A stretch of 64,000 nt of DNA, taken from the NCBI GenBank assembly GCA_964016885.1, contig OZ024741.1, positions 286,688,001 through 286,752,000 on the forward strand, read 5' to 3'. Position 1 is the first letter of the stretch; each line of letters opens with the position of its first letter. The notes under the pieces were generated by a model. It ran no database searches and was not told the origin of the DNA. It saw only the letters and a program-made list of their open reading frames with translations. The DNA is from Eledone cirrhosa. Taxonomy: Eukaryota. Shown in pieces: positions 44,950 to 58,552 of the stretch. The position numbers and the translations under genes were made by a program.

Positions 44950-46245
44950 TTAGCAGCAGTACCCAGCGTTGCCTGGGTAGGTAAAATAATATCTGCTTTG
45001 ATGAAAAGGTGTTGATCTTAGCGACTGCTTCTCGATGACTCATCTATGGCCACACACAGGCTATGCGGGGGAGAGTAGTGATGACATCTATTACTGAGAA
45101 ATGCGGGTGACTGACAAAGAGGTATGTTGGGGGAGGGAGGTAATGACTTCTAACATTAAGCCAAATTTCCTCACGCTACTTGATTGGAAACTGATGAATT
45201 CTCAAATACACAACTAAAAGCTCAGACGACGTCAGTGGCCATCGTTTTGCCTTTGACCATCTATAAGATGGGCAATGATAGGTTCTATCGTAGTATAAAA
45301 GTTGAACCAAATAAATTGATTTATGTGTGAGGTGGAGCCGAAGTTTCGAATTTGAACGAAATCAGTTGAAAAATGTGGGAGCTAATGATAGGTCGCCGTC
45401 CCTGAACAAAAAATACAAAGTGTAAAGCTGCTATAAGATGTGCAATGATAGGTTCTATCGTAGTATAAAAGTCGAACCAAATAAATTGATTTATGTTTGA
45501 GGTGGAGCTGAAGTTTCGAATTTGAACGAAATTGGTTGAAAAATGTGGGAGCTAATGATAGGTTCTATCGTAGTATAAAAGTTGAACCAAATAAATTGAT
45601 TTATGTGTGAGCTGGAGCCGAAGTTTCAAATTTGAACGAAATTGGTTGAAAAATGTGGGAGCTAGAGCCGAAAATGCAGAAATTTGAGCGAAAAGGTGGT
45701 ATTTTTGAATATTTAAGCGGCTGCCACGCCGTTCCTGAACAAAAAATTCAAAATCTAAAGCCACTTTAAGACGTTAAATAATCATATCTAACGTAGTGTA
45801 AAATTTGAACAAAGTAGGTTGATTAATGTGGGAGTAAAAGCCGAAAAAGTGGAAATTTGAGTTTAAAAGTAGTATTTTTGAATATTTAAGCGGCTGCCAC
45901 GCCGTCTCTGAACAACAAATGCAAAATATAAAGCCATTACAGGATGTGCAATGATAAATTCTATTTTGCTTTAAAATTTGAACGAAATCGGTGGCAAAAT
46001 GTGGGAGCTAGAGCCAAAATTCTTATTTTTCAATACCTAAAAAAAGGTGACCCCTCTATCGATTTTTATCTGCAGAATGACCCCCAAATAAAAAAAACGA
46101 TACGCTGATATATGGAAAACACTCCCCAATGACTAATCTATGAGCCTGTAAAGTTTCATGAAAATCGGTCGTAAGATGTAGGCCCCTATAAGAAATACAC
46201 AGACACACAGACACACACACATACTTAATTTTATATATATACAGA
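44950..46245 (-). mobile_element. Non-autonomous Helitron-like element with internal tandem repeats (intronic)
   Basis: 5' TCTGTATATATATAAAA; 3' hairpin tacccag-gcaacg-ctgggta then CTAA (CTAG variant); internal ~110-bp units at 45275, 45444 and 45554. Confidence 0.7.
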
Positions 46246-46684
46246 TATATATATTTTTTTCTTTTCCAATTCCACAGTCCCTTCAATCTATCTAATTTCT
46301 CATTCTTTCTTCTGCTGAAAGACTAGCGTCTGAAATGTTAAGACCCTCTTCCTGCTATTTCAAGCGTTAACCTCCTAATATATTCTTTCCATATACTGTA
46401 CCAATTGTGTTGTTATTTCTGTTTACCTTTTACACACACACACATATATATATATATATATGTGTGTGTGTTCAATGTGGTCTACCTTTCTGATTGTTTC
46501 CAAAGAAGACGGTATGATCGAATCTATATATTATGTCTGATACTGTACACTTTTCTAACTGCTATAGATCAGTCAATGTATCAATATGATCAACCCTCCA
46601 AAACGATCATAAAAGATGAAAGGAATAGGTAAAATAACTTGCCTTTGTTATTATTATATTTGATAAACTAATATCTAGTATGGG

Positions 46685-47395
46685 TGACCGTGTCTCGCTC
46701 ATATATGGGTGTTTCTGGCTGGTTTTCTACGGTTGGATGCCCTTCCTAACTCTGACCATAATATATATTTCTCTCCAGCTGTTGCATATCTGAACTCACT
46801 AACATGCAACATCGCACTCTGCACACGTGTTATAACCAACCTTTCATTCATAGAGGGAAAGCTTTTATTGTCAACAGGGGATAGTAGCTAAACTTCTGCC
46901 ATCCTGTCTTTATTCTAGTTACTAGGAAGCTGAATCTACAAACCACTTCTATGGATCCTTCGTGGGATTTGAACAAATTTATATCATTGCCACTTTTGTT
47001 ATCAATTGTCCCTGAACATTTGTTTACATACAATTGTCTTTTCCTGTTTGATATCTTGCTCAATCTCTTGTTTACCCAATATTTCCATTGTGTACATCGT
47101 ATAGAGTTTATTCCTACTCCTTTGCTACATATCGAGCAAGGCCACTTCTCTGATGGTGTCAGTGCCCTGTCCTCTTTCCTACTTATTAACACTTTGGCTT
47201 TTGGTAAGTTTACTGTCAGTCCTTTTGATTCTAAGTTCTGTTTCCACAGCTGAAAGTTATTCTCTAGTTCTTCCACAGATTCAGTTATGAGAACCAGATC
47301 ATCAGCATACAAAAGCTACCATGGACAGCCAGTTTTAAACTCCTATGTTATGGCCTGGAGGACTTTGATAAACAGAAGTGAGCTATTAAGCACAG
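46685..47395 (-). mobile_element. RTE-BovB-like LINE fragment (intronic)
   Basis: YADDLVLI...KWPCSICSKGVGINSIRCTQ; homologous to 8360-8780. Confidence 0.85.
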
Positions 47396-47595
47396 GAAAT
47401 TATTATACATCTAATATAATTAAAGAAATTTATATAAAACTGATTCTTTACGGTTCAGTAATATACCTCTCTGAGATCTACTCCCTAGGTGGATGCCAAG
47501 TTGGCCTTAATAATAGCATCAGCCCTAGGTGCTTCTAAGACAAAAAAAAAGTTAAATTAAAAATGAAAAAAATAATAGAAAAACACAATACTGAC

Positions 47596-47751
47596 CTCTA
47601 GTGAAGTTATCACTTGGCGACCCCAATCAGCTTCTCCAACACTGCCAAAAACCATTGATGTAAATCCTCCACAGCTCAGGTAATATTGATCATAGTATAC
47701 ATTACCATCAAGTTCAAGTTTAGCATTAACGTTAACCCTTGAATAACGAAT
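47596..47751 (-). CDS. LamG-domain protein, internal exon
   Basis: ctcttgcag| ... |gtcagt; 52 codons IRYSRVNVNAKLELDG...MVFGSVG...TSLE; phase 0/0. Confidence 0.8.
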
Positions 47752-47978
47752 CTGCAAGAGAGTTTTAAGTTGTAGTTAATGTTTTCTAATTTTGGCACAA
47801 GGCCAGCAATTTTGGGGTGTGAAGTTAAGTTAAACCATTCATTACCATATTTTTAATAAAAGACACTGCCTATGATTTTGGTGGTGGTGATGATGGTGAG
47901 GAGGAGGACTCGTCTAACCCATGCAAGCAGGAAAAAAATGATGGACATAAAAACAATAATGACATTTAGAATACTTAC

Positions 47979-48174
47979 TTTGTGCCATTCGTTATCATCA
48001 ACACGTATTCTAGGAACAGTCAATGTTGCATGGCTCTGGCTACATCGTATTGTATAGACGAGGTGACCTCGTAATAACTGAATTGCCATTAACTCTGATC
48101 TGTCATTTCGTCGGTCCATGTAAAACAACAGTCCATTCTTTTTTGAGGTGCGAAACTCAAATTCAATCACACCA
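47979..48174 (-). CDS. LamG-domain protein, core exon
   Basis: aatccag| ... |gtaagt; IEFEFRTSKKNGLLFY..IQLLRGHLVY..VDDNEWHK shows the LamG FxFRT, NGLL and DxxWH motifs; phase 2/0. Confidence 0.9.
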
Positions 48175-48698
48175 CTGGATTAAAAAATAAATTGAAAGTT
48201 TTCTATATAAATATCATGTTAGAAAAATATTAGCAAGAAGTTTCATCATTATCGTCACCAGCACTAGGGAGGTATACATAACTGAAGAATATTTTCTACC
48301 CTTTCTTTGGCAGGTTTTCTACAGTTGAACATCCTTTCTAACACCAATTGTTTTCAGAGTGTAGTAGATGCATTTTTTGATAGCACCTATAAGGGGAAAT
48401 GGATGTTAAATAATAATGGTTTCAGATTTAGGTGCAGGGCCAACAACTTTGGAAAGTCAATTAAATTGACACCAGTACATTACTGGTACTGTATTTTATC
48501 GATCCCATAAGGATGAAAGGAAGGCAAAGCTAACCTCAGTGGGATTTGAACTCAGAATGCAAAAGGCCATAACTCTGTGCCACTAAGCATGTTGTCCGAC
48601 GCTTTACTGAGTCTGCCAATCCACTGCCCCTATTAAATAATAATGATTATGCATGTATGCGTGTGTGTGTATATATGTATGTATGCATGTATGTATAT

Positions 48699-48732
<34 letters not shown>

Positions 48733-48734
48733 CC

Positions 48735-49125
48735 AAGACAATGTCACTGGACCAAGATCTTTGGCGCTACACAGTAACACAGAAGACCCGCCTTGCCTAA
48801 GTGCAAAGCGAAACCTATACAGTCAGTAATAAACCTCGGTCCCACTACCCCCACCCCATCCACACCACACCTTTCGATGTAAAGTTATGTTGGTACCACA
48901 ACATCTAGTCCTAAATAAATGAGGTTGTGTAGGTCTCACGAGAAAAAACCTCCCAGTCCACACTGTAAATGTGGTTGGTGTTAGGAAGGGCATCTAGCCG
49001 TAGAAAACCCGCCAGACAGTCCCATACGAGCAAGACAACCAATCTTGCCTCAAGTGGGAAAATTCCCGTCCAAACCCATGCTAGCGTGGAAGATGGACGT
49101 TAAACGATGAGGAGGAGGAGGAGGA
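48735..49125 (+). mobile_element. RTE-BovB-like 3' UTR copy (intronic)
   Basis: Reverse complement of 1500-1930. Confidence 0.8.
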
Positions 49126-49394
49126 TTCAGAGTTTTGTGATCTTTTCTTCTATTTTTGAAATATATGATGTATGTATGTTCTTCTGGTTTTATAATTTTA
49201 TAAATTTTTACCAATAGAAAGAGAGTCAGTTTCTAACATAGAGACAAGATATTTAACCACTGAGGTCAACTTTACCTTTGGAGAGGTAGATATGTATGCA
49301 TGTATGGATGTTATTGTATGTGTGGATGTGGATGTTTTGAATTATATGTGTGCATGTGTATATACTTTGTATCTGTACATGTGTAGATGCAATT

Positions 49395-49600
49395 ATTAGA
49401 TGCAGAATTTTTGGAATGTTTTACTGTTCCATTAATGGATTGTACTTGTAATTTCCTAACCTGTGTTCTTTCTGTTTCTGTGAAGCCCAGCTTCTCAAGA
49501 TTTGTATTGAGGCAGTTGCTAACATGTCCCAGTGCCACAATAATCACAGGATCTAGCTGGAATTCCCCTCCATTGATTCTGATTTCAAACTTATATTTAA
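49395..49600 (-). mobile_element. R4/NeSL-like LINE C-terminal fragment
   Basis: PVIIVALGHVSNCLNTNLEKLGF..RKLQVQSINGTVK resembles the tail of restriction-like-endonuclease LINEs. Confidence 0.55.
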
Positions 49601-49980
49601 ACGCTTGCTTGAGTTTGGAAAAATAACGTTGGTAATCTTGGTAATGGTGAGATATCAAAAGTATCACTGGTGCTGTTGCCAATACTACAAAACCACAACT
49701 CACTCAGAGATATTTAACCACTGAGGTCAACTTTACCTTTCATTCTGCTAGAGGTTGATAAAATAAAGTACTAATTAAGTACTGGGGTTGATAAAATAAA
49801 GTTCCAGTTAAGTGCTGAGCTTGACAAAATAAAGTCCCAGTTAAGTACTGATCTTGATAAAATAAAGTATCAATTAAGTACTGAGGCTGATTAAAAAAAT
49901 AACTTTCCCTTCCCCCAAATTACTGGCTTTGTGCCCATGTAAGAAAGAATTATTTTAAAATAAGATATGTGATAACTTAC

Positions 49981-50075
49981 TTTTTATAAAATTCCTTATG
50001 AAAATTAACTTGAAACAAGCTGCCAGATATTGGCTCAATCTTGACACCTTTTGGACTGGAAGGATTGATGCTTGA
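49981..50075 (-). CDS. LamG-domain protein exon
   Basis: ttttatag| ... |gtaagt; SSINPSSPKGVKIEPISGSLFQVNFHKEFYK+aa joins 't ggt' of the next exon in frame (phase 0/2). Confidence 0.75.
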
Positions 50076-50199
50076 CTATAAAATAAAAATATCAATATAA
50101 TATTTTAAACAGAATCATTATTTTCTTTTGATTGTTGAGACAGAATAATGTATATTGTGTGTATTTATTTACACAAGACATTAAATATATATTGAATAC

Positions 50200-50312
50200 T
50201 GTGTGTTGGCCATGTGGTTGATTGAAGTGGGGAAAGCAAATTCTTGACACATTAGTATCAAGTGAATAAGCTAACAAGGAAACAAAACTGCTAATTATAT
50301 ATTTCATTTTCA
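50200..50312 (-). CDS. Probable exon: end of an upstream LamG domain/linker, or a signal-peptide-like segment
   Basis: ttctatag| ... |gtattc (weak donor); KMKYIISSFVSLLAYSLDTNVSRICFPHFNQPHGQHT; phase 1/0. Confidence 0.5.
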
Positions 50313-50811
50313 CTATAGAATACAATGAATCCATGTGATAAACATATCAGACATATGTTACAATTCAAAATAAAAGGATACTGTTTCGAGTAATTTTACA
50401 ATAAAAATATAGAGTTCACAGGAAAAGTTAAAAACATTCCTGTAATGTAAAGGTTTTGACGTAATTGAATTTGTAAAAAGACAGATTGAATGTGTGGATG
50501 CAGAGAGGTGAAGAAATTAGAGCCATGACAAGTTCTGTCTTTGTTTGACTAGTCAAAAATGGTTAACCACAGGTAGCAGTCATAGGTGACCATAGTGTGT
50601 TTGCGTGAGATGAAGAAAAGGAATGCAAAAGTTTGTTGTTTGGAGTTGCACTTTAAACTCTTAGATGATGTGATTTATTTTCAGAATTGGTAAATATTAC
50701 ATGATAGAAAAATACACCAATATGCTGTGTTTTCTTTCATACCATAGCAAATTTTAGCTGGGGATAATTTCACTGCACATACAAACTATCCTATTTGAGA
50801 ATCACATTTAC

Positions 50812-51030
50812 TCATTGGACATTTCATTTTATGCTGCTTTCCATAGTATAACTAGGACTCTCCAACCATTAAAACATCCACGAAACCTCCAATGAGATGC
50901 ACTCTTGTAAAAAGTTAGCTAAACCTGTATAAGTGTGAGCAGTAAATTTCATTTCTATTTTAGAATATAACAGGATACCCAAAATGGGTAATGAAACTAC
51001 CTGGTGTTGATTGAACCTTTGGGATAAAAC
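50812..51030 (-). pseudogene. Two small exon-like segments of an upstream LamG domain (51001-51030; 50812/50868-50924), apparently frameshifted
   Basis: GFIPKVQSTP|GLANF, then a +1 shift in a T5 run to YKSASHWRFRGCFN; canonical AG/GT boundaries. Confidence 0.4.
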
Positions 51031-51696
51031 CTGACATTTGTATCACAAATACAAATACATAAAATAATACAATGAAATACAACTTGCTTATGTGTGTGTG
51101 TGTGTGGCTTTACATGATATTTTGAAAAGTGTTGGGTTGAAATTCCATAAGGTGCATGCACTGTAATCTATGGGTGTACAGAAGATAGAGAGGGATTACA
51201 GGCAGGTTAACAGAGGGAGATTTTATATGTGACAAATGTATAAGAAAGAGATTACTTCTGTTGCCAAGGAGGTTCCATAGAAATGGTTGACAGGTTTGGT
51301 AACCTAGATGATCTAATCAACAGTAAGGGAGGATGCTCTAAAAGTCTGATAGCCAGTGTAAGAACAGAAAGAAGTTTAAGGAGCTGGGGGTTCTGCTGAC
51401 GATTAAGTGTTTCTCTCTCAGACTGTATAATGCTTGCAATGCTTTCTAATCTTCACTGATCTTCTACACACACACACACATATATATATATACACATATA
51501 CATACATCTATTTATGTATCTATCCATTTAACTGTCTGTCTACATGTATCTATTTATCTATCCATCTATCTATCTACACACACACACATATATATATATA
51601 TGCATACATATATATAAATCAGAATGGATGCAGTAAAAACCAGTTAGACCATTATTCAGCAGAGTACTCAATACTTGGGGTAGTAGGGTGGCTAAC

Positions 51697-51816
51697 ATGA
51701 AGGATTCAGGACCCCAATGGCTGAGCTCCTGCCGTTTCAACAGCAAGATCTGAACTCCAGTTTGGATATAGCTGTTGAAACAGCAGGAGCTCAGCTGTTG
51801 GAGTCCCGAATCCTTC

Positions 51817-51818
<2 letters not shown>
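51697..51818. repeat. Diverged palindrome of the same type as 33714-33833
   Basis: atgaaggattc..ggctgagctcctgccgtttcaacagc / gctgttgaaacagcaggagctcagctg..gaatccttcat; same upstream gtactcaatactt.gggtagtag motif. Confidence 0.75.
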
Positions 51819-51847
<29 letters not shown>

Positions 51848-51909
51848 TATGTATATAAAGGTAAACAAGATATTGTTTTAGGTTTCCTGAGTTCAGGTTT
51901 AATCTGTAC

Positions 51910-52002
51910 CGAGGAGTGTTTCAGCATATGGTGGTAGTTGATTCAACAAGATGTTTACTACAGTGGGTTGGTTGAAGGGCAGTTCCTTGATCGTTTTTGG
52001 TA
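51910..52002 (-). CDS. Possible exon of the upstream LamG domain
   Basis: atacag| ... |gtacag; open phase 1/1; ends AETLL-G, joining GFIP. Confidence 0.3.
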
Positions 52003-53049
52003 CTGTATTTTGAAAATTCGCCAATCACATTGTATTATTTTATGTTTTTAATCCCGCCGAGGTTAACTTTGCCTTTCATCCTTACGGGGTCGATAAAATA
52101 AAGTACCAGTAATTGATGGCCTTGTGCCAAAAGTAGAAACAATTATTTTATGTTTTTAAAATTGAGTTTTCACAATTGTCAATTGATTATTGAGGATAGC
52201 AGTTTCAAGACAAAAAATCAATTTAACTCCTGGAGATGAAACATATGTTAATGCTTGGAGTAAACCCTATTATATCACTTATCCATGTTAATCCTCTTTT
52301 TACCCCCCCCCCTCTCTCCCTATATATATATATATTTATCTGTCTATCTATCTACCTACCTATCTATCTATCTGTCTATTTATCTAACTATATTTGTCTA
52401 TATATACCGATCTATCTTTATCTATCTATCTCTATATATCTATATCTATATGGTGGTGGTGGTGCTGTGGTGGTGGTGATTGTGGTGGAGGTTTTAGTGG
52501 TACTAGTAGTGCTAGGGATATTGGAGTTGGCACTAGTGGTGGTGGTGTTTGTGGTACTGGTGTTGATGGTCTTGGTGGTAGCTGTTGATAGCATTCATCG
52601 TACTATAGCATGTTTCTCGGTCGCACTGACAATTCGCCAGATTTCGCAATGAAAAACCCACCCACGTCTAAATGGTTTGGATTGTTTCCATAAATACATA
52701 GTTTGTAAAAAATATTTACATATATACACACACATTTACACATACATATATATACATTAGAAAATGCATACATACACATGTACATACCTACATCCATCCA
52801 TCCATACATACATACATACATACATACATAAGGTCAGTAGCTCTGAATTAAATACTGACATGCTCCATGAAAATCCATTCAGCCTGTGCTAGCAGGGATA
52901 AATGGACCTTAAATGATAATTGTTTCTACTTTAGGCACAAGGCCAGCAATTACCCAGTACATTACTGGTACTTTATTTTATCGACCCCGTAAGGATGAAA
53001 GGCAAAGTTAACCTAGCACAAATGGACCTTAAATGATAATGATATATAT

Positions 53050-53081
<32 letters not shown>

Positions 53082-53099
53082 CATTATCATTTAAGGTCA

Positions 53100-53283
53100 T
53101 GGTGGATTGGCAGTATCGGTAGAGGGTCGGACGCCATGCTTTCCAGCATAGTTACGTCCCTTTACGATCTGAGTTCAAATCCCGCCGAGGTTGACTTTGC
53201 CTTTCATCCTTACGGGGTCGATAAAATAAAGTACCAGTAATGCACTGGGTAATTGCTGGCCTTGTGCCTAAAGTAGAAACAAT
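53100..53283 (+). mobile_element. Full-length tRNA-derived SINE
   Basis: tggtggattggcagtatcggtaga (A box) .. gagttcaaatccc (B box) .. core .. tail; near-identical to 32922-33105 and 58272-58465. Confidence 0.85.
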
Positions 53284-53351
53284 TATCATTTAAGGTCCAT
53301 TTGTGCTAGCAGGGATAAATGGACCTTAAATGATAATGATATATATATATA

Positions 53352-54612
53352 CAGGGTGCAGACGATATTTGTTCGCAAGATTGCTGTCTAGGAAAAAATA
53401 ACACAGTAGTTTTATTTTTTAAGATATATTTATCAAACTTGGGTCAGTTTGCCTTCATGACTTGTTCTTTCAATCTCACTTAATAAACCCGCCATTGGCT
53501 TTGATGACGGCCTCGGAACTGGCTACAGGCCTTCGTCACTTGAGATCCTGGCCTTCAGATTGTCTTTTGTATTGAAGCTAGATCTGTTGGTGTCTCGTTC
53601 CACTGCGCCCCACACACAGAAGTTGAGGGGGTTGCAGTCAGGCAAGCTGGGAGGTCAGATGTCAGGTGAAGTGTGGTCGACGAAGTTCTCTGACAGCCAG
53701 GCTTGGGTCTTTCGGCTGGTATGGCAGGGCGCTGAGTCTTGCTGCCACGCGTACGGTCTATCTGCAGCTACCTGGTCGATCCAGGGCTTTACTACCTCAC
53801 TCAGAACACGGATGTAGCCATCGGTGTTCAGCTTGAGGCCCTCAAGGTAGAAGTGAGGTGGCATGACGTCACCTTGACTGCTGACGACACCTAAGACCAA
53901 TGTTGTCACTGGAAACTTTGTCTGCATGACTCTGGGCACGTCTTTGGATGAGACAGCGAGCCACCTGTTCTGGGAGTTGATCTTCTGGTCTTGGCAGAAG
54001 TTTTTCTCGTCTGAGAAAAACCACAGCATGTCTGGCTCCAGTGGGTGTTTCAACTTGTTGATCAGCTTCTTTGCGTGCTTCAGTCGCTTTTCTTGCATCG
54101 CCTTTGACAGAAATTGTCCTTTCCTCATCTTGTATGAAATGTAGCGAATGTCTTCATGTACCACCAGCCTAATGAGCTTTTCATCCACGCCTTTCTCCCT
54201 TGCAATGGCACGCATCGACTTGCTAGGTTCATTGTTGATGATATCCTGAACTTCAGCGACGAACTCGGGCATTCTGAAGGCGTCAGATCGTCGATCATGT
54301 GTTTTCCTCTCTGATGTTGCTTCGTAGTCGAATCCTGAATCTTCTAATTCCTTTCTGACCTTTTCCACCATTCTCCTGCTGACGCTGAGAAAGTCTGAAA
54401 TTTCCTTATTTGTCCTCCCGGCGCGGATTCCAAGAAGAACTCCGTGTCTCTTCCACAAATTTGGAGGTTCAAAATTATTCATAATCAATTATTCTGAAAA
54501 TAAATAATGGAAATATAGTCACTGTTTTTATGAAGACAAGAGTGACAACGGAAGTAAAAAAAATTTGCATAAAATTAGCAGTTGAAAATTGCGAACAAAT
54601 ATCGTCCACACC

Positions 54613-54615
<3 letters not shown>
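53352..54615 (-). mobile_element. Tc1/mariner maT-like (DD37D) transposon, frameshifted near the third Asp
   Basis: TIRs cagggtg..gacgatatttgttcgcaa in (TA)n; ORF 53655-54488 with FSDEKNF and QQDSAPCH, then PPSLPDCNPLN in another frame. Confidence 0.9.
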
Positions 54616-54654
<39 letters not shown>

Positions 54655-56279
54655 TTATCATTTAAGGTCCATTTATCCCTGCTAGCACAGGCTGAATGGA
54701 TTTTCATTGAGCATGTCAGTATTAAATTCAGAGCTACTGACCTTTTTGAGGGGCCATCAGCCCACATCTTGCTTATATACATCTTAGCATTTTACAGGGT
54801 GTACTGGGTGCTTTTATCATGGCACCAGCACTAGAGGAGTTGTAATTCCCTATGCACAACAGAAGAGTCCTCACAGTCCTCTTTTTTGGCATGTTATCTA
54901 TAGTTGGGTGTCATTCCTATAATCACCAACCTGTTTACAGAGACTACTGTGTGTGTTTACTGTTTTGATCACCAACACTTGGTAGGTTGTCATGTCTTTG
55001 ATATAACTGAAGGGTCCTCCGACCCTTTGTTTACCAAGTTTTCTATAGCTGGATGCCCTTCCTAATGCAAACAACTATACAGGGTGTACTGCGTGCAATT
55101 TTGGTGTCACCAGCACTAGGGAGGTTATCAGTCGTTCACACAACTGAAGATTCCACTCTACCCTATGGGGATGAGGGATCTACCCTATGGGATTGGGAGA
55201 AGATGACTTGACCCAAGTGAGTCATGTTTAAGGTGAGGATGGAGTGATGAGAATTAATAAGTCTGATAATGTTGATGACATGCTTGAGTCACAATAAGTG
55301 GAGAAGAAAGGAGAGGATAAGTATGATGTGATGAGTGTAAAGAGGGGGATGTGAGGGAGAAAAGGGGTGAGAAAGTATATCATGGGTGTATGACACTTGA
55401 TGTGAGGTAGAACATAACATGTGGATGCGGTGTGACCCTAAATAGAATAGGGGGGGGGGGTCCACAGTGAGGGTTGGTTGGAATAGTTTCTAAGTGGTGG
55501 AGGTGGACGTGGGAAATAGATTAAATACGCTAACCATTAAGTCCACATACTTTTATTAGATGCTTTATAGGAATATAAAATTTACTAAATTACAATACTT
55601 TTCTGTTGTTACTTTATTCACCCACCCCACTCTGCCCAGGAAGAATAAAGAACAAAGTTTTTTTTTTTATCTGCAGACATCATCACCATTCTCATCATCA
55701 TCATCATCATCACCATTCAATGTCCATTTTCCACGCCAGCATGGGTTAGATGGGTTGTCTCATTTGATGCAAGCTGGGTCAGTTGACCATGCCTAGCTCA
55801 TACAGAACTGTTTCTGGCTAGATTTTTACAGCTGGATGCCTTTCCTAATGCCAACCACAATTACAGTGTGGGCTGGGTGCTTTTTGTTGTGACACCCATA
55901 TGACCACTTTACAGTGTGGGCTGGATATATTTTGTTCACAGTGTGAAAACTCAAAATAGTGCATACACCCTAATCATTACCGGCACCAATGTATTTAGCC
56001 CTATGAACTAACCTTACAAGGAGTACTCCTTTCTTCTATTTATGCACCCTATGCTCTCAAACAAAATACTTTCAACTTACTGTTTGACAAGCTGGGTTTT
56101 TGACACTTCTTGCTCTGATTACACTAAGAAAATTATTAAGCCTGCATTTTCTACTATGCAGTCCACACTCACCCATGCCAAATCTTGTTACATGCCTTAA
56201 AACTATACAACTCTCCCTCCACCACTTTGGATATTTCCCCCAACATTGTTACACAACAAAGATGATGAGCAATTTACTG

Positions 56280-56445
56280 ATCACAGAAAATTATTATATA
56301 TTTAATTTAATCATACAAACTTGCGAAACACTATGATATTTAAGGTTCAATAATGTACCAATCTGAGGTCTACGCTCTGGCTGACTGCCTAGTTGACCTT
56401 AATGGTAGCGCTGGCCCTGACTTCAATTGACATTGGAAAAATCAT
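56280..56445 (-). pseudogene. Possible disabled LamG exon
   Basis: FQCQLKSGPALPLRSTRQSARA*TSDWYIIE, then a frameshift to LKYHSVSQVCMIKLN; resembles the LamG G..DxWHxI strand. Confidence 0.3.
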
Positions 56446-57404
56446 TTAGAAAATAATACATCATCATCATCATCGTCATTTTCCATGCTAGCATCGGAGT
56501 AATGAAATTCTGCTGAGGTCAACTTTGCCTTTCACCCTACATTATGCACGACAAAAAAGAACATTACAAGAAATCCCATACCTTATAAAATACATAGGAG
56601 GGATAGGGGTCTCAATATGTAAACTGAAGGATGAATTCTCATTGAAAAAAAAAAAATCAAGGGAGACAACCATGAAAAATTAATGATCCCCTCTCCTACC
56701 TATTCCAACCTCCATATTATTTGGGACCTGAGAGTACTTCATTAGAGTTAGTCCTACGATAAAATGCACTCAGTAGAGCATGGGATTGTATGATGTGCAT
56801 TCCACAGACACGTGCACCCTTATAAGTAGCCCAACTAGAAGTCAGTGATCTCAGCTCATCCCATTGCTCTGGTAAATGACACTTGTCCTATATGCCAGGC
56901 AATGGGGTTGAACCCAGGACCTTATGATTGCGAAGAGACCTTCTTAACTGTTCAGCTAGATTATGTCCATGTGTATCCTTGTATCTATGTAATAAATCAA
57001 TATTTAAATGTTCCCGTTATAATGGATATCTGTACAAGACTAACATTCTGATGTCGTTGGGCGTTGTAAACTTGTTTCATTTCTCTTGTTGCTATAATCA
57101 CATGATTAAGATAGCAGGTAAATATGATATCAATTAATCATATTATAAAAGTCTTCTTGTTACCAATTAGTTAAGGTGGGAAGGGCAACGCCCGTGACCC
57201 TTTTCCCTTTTGCTATTTTTTAATTTTATTTTTACTTTTTTTTGTGGTGGTGGTGGTGGTGGTGGTTTGGGGCTTCTGAGAAAGTTGTGAGGGCAAGTTA
57301 CCCACATACCTAGTCCGTTTGTTTGTAACAAACTGAACTCCCTTTATATTACTAAATTCCACAAAATCCTTCATTATTTTCAAAATCTTTCATTGGAAAT
57401 ATAA

Positions 57405-57810
57405 TAATGATAATAATAATGAAATTATTGTGTACAGTGCTCAGGTGCACTACAACACATCAAAGGTGCATGTATAGTACATAGAATAATATCCAAATGT
57501 CAGGGAAGTGAATAGTGTATGAGTCATGATATACACGTGTCGTGTGTATGGAGGGGTAATATTAGGTGTAGTGCTGGCGAATCTCAGGAAGCATGGAGGT
57601 TTTAAAGGATGCAGTGTCATGGCAGCTAATAACTGATGCAGGTAGTTTGTTCCATGCTTCAGCAACTCTGAGCATGAAAATTTTTTCCAAAAGTCATGGG
57701 AGCTGTGCTGTTTTCTGACTTTGTAGGCATGTCCACATGTGTTAGACACATGGAAATCAAAAAGGTACTCAGGGTTGTTGTTGGCAAGATGGTTAATAAT
57801 TTTGTGGGTA
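57405..57810 (-). mobile_element. CR1-like LINE 3' fragment
   Basis: SNTCGHAYKVRKQHSSHDF and AEAWNKLP motifs; (ATT)n tail. Confidence 0.75.
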
Positions 57811-57869
57811 ACAAAAAGGTTAAAGTGTTTATATTTATCTAAAATTCTTCCATTATCATTTTATATACA

Positions 57870-58465
57870 GTCTGAGTTCACAAATAATGCCAAGGTTAAC
57901 TTTGCCTTTCATCCTTACAGGGTCGATAAAATAAAGTACCAACAATGCACTGGGGTAATTGCTGGCCTTGTGCCAAAAGTAGAAACAATGATCATTTTAT
58001 ATAAGAACTTTTGTTATGGTTACAACACCAGTTTAATAATGAGAAAGTTAGTTTTATTATTAATAATTTTAGTAGAGCTGTGGATTGGCAGCATTGGTAG
58101 AGTGTCAGGCATGATGGTTTGCAGCATAGTGTTACGACCCTTTATGGTCTTAGTTCAAATTTCATCCTTACAGAGTTGATAAAATAAAGCACCAGTTTAG
58201 CACTAGGGTCGATTTAATCAATTTACTTTTCCTCCAAATTGCTTGCCCTGTGCCTAAATCAGAACCATTATAGGCGGTGGATTGGCAGTATCGGTAGAGG
58301 GTTGGCCGCCATGCTTTGAAGCATAGAGTTACCTCCCTGTATGATCTGAGTTCAAATCCCGCCGAGGTTAACTTTGCCTTTCATCCTTACGGGGTCGATA
58401 AAATAAAGTACCAGTAATGCACTGGGTAATTTGCTGGCCTTGTGCCAAAAGTAGAAACAATTATT
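57870..58465 (+). mobile_element. Three tandem tRNA-derived SINEs
   Basis: Repeated SINE consensus. Confidence 0.8.
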
Positions 58466-58552
58466 AATAATTTTAATAAAATCTCCAAAATTCTTCATTA
58501 ATTAATTGAAATACAGTGTATTTCATCAGAAATATGGTCTTGAAAGGATTAA

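Noticed and set aside
52236-52652. Transmembrane-like ORF
   Set aside because: Derived from (ATCT)n and (GGT)n microsatellites
53100-53175. tRNA gene calls for A/B-box sequences
   Set aside because: They continue into SINE core and tail and show no intact cloverleaf
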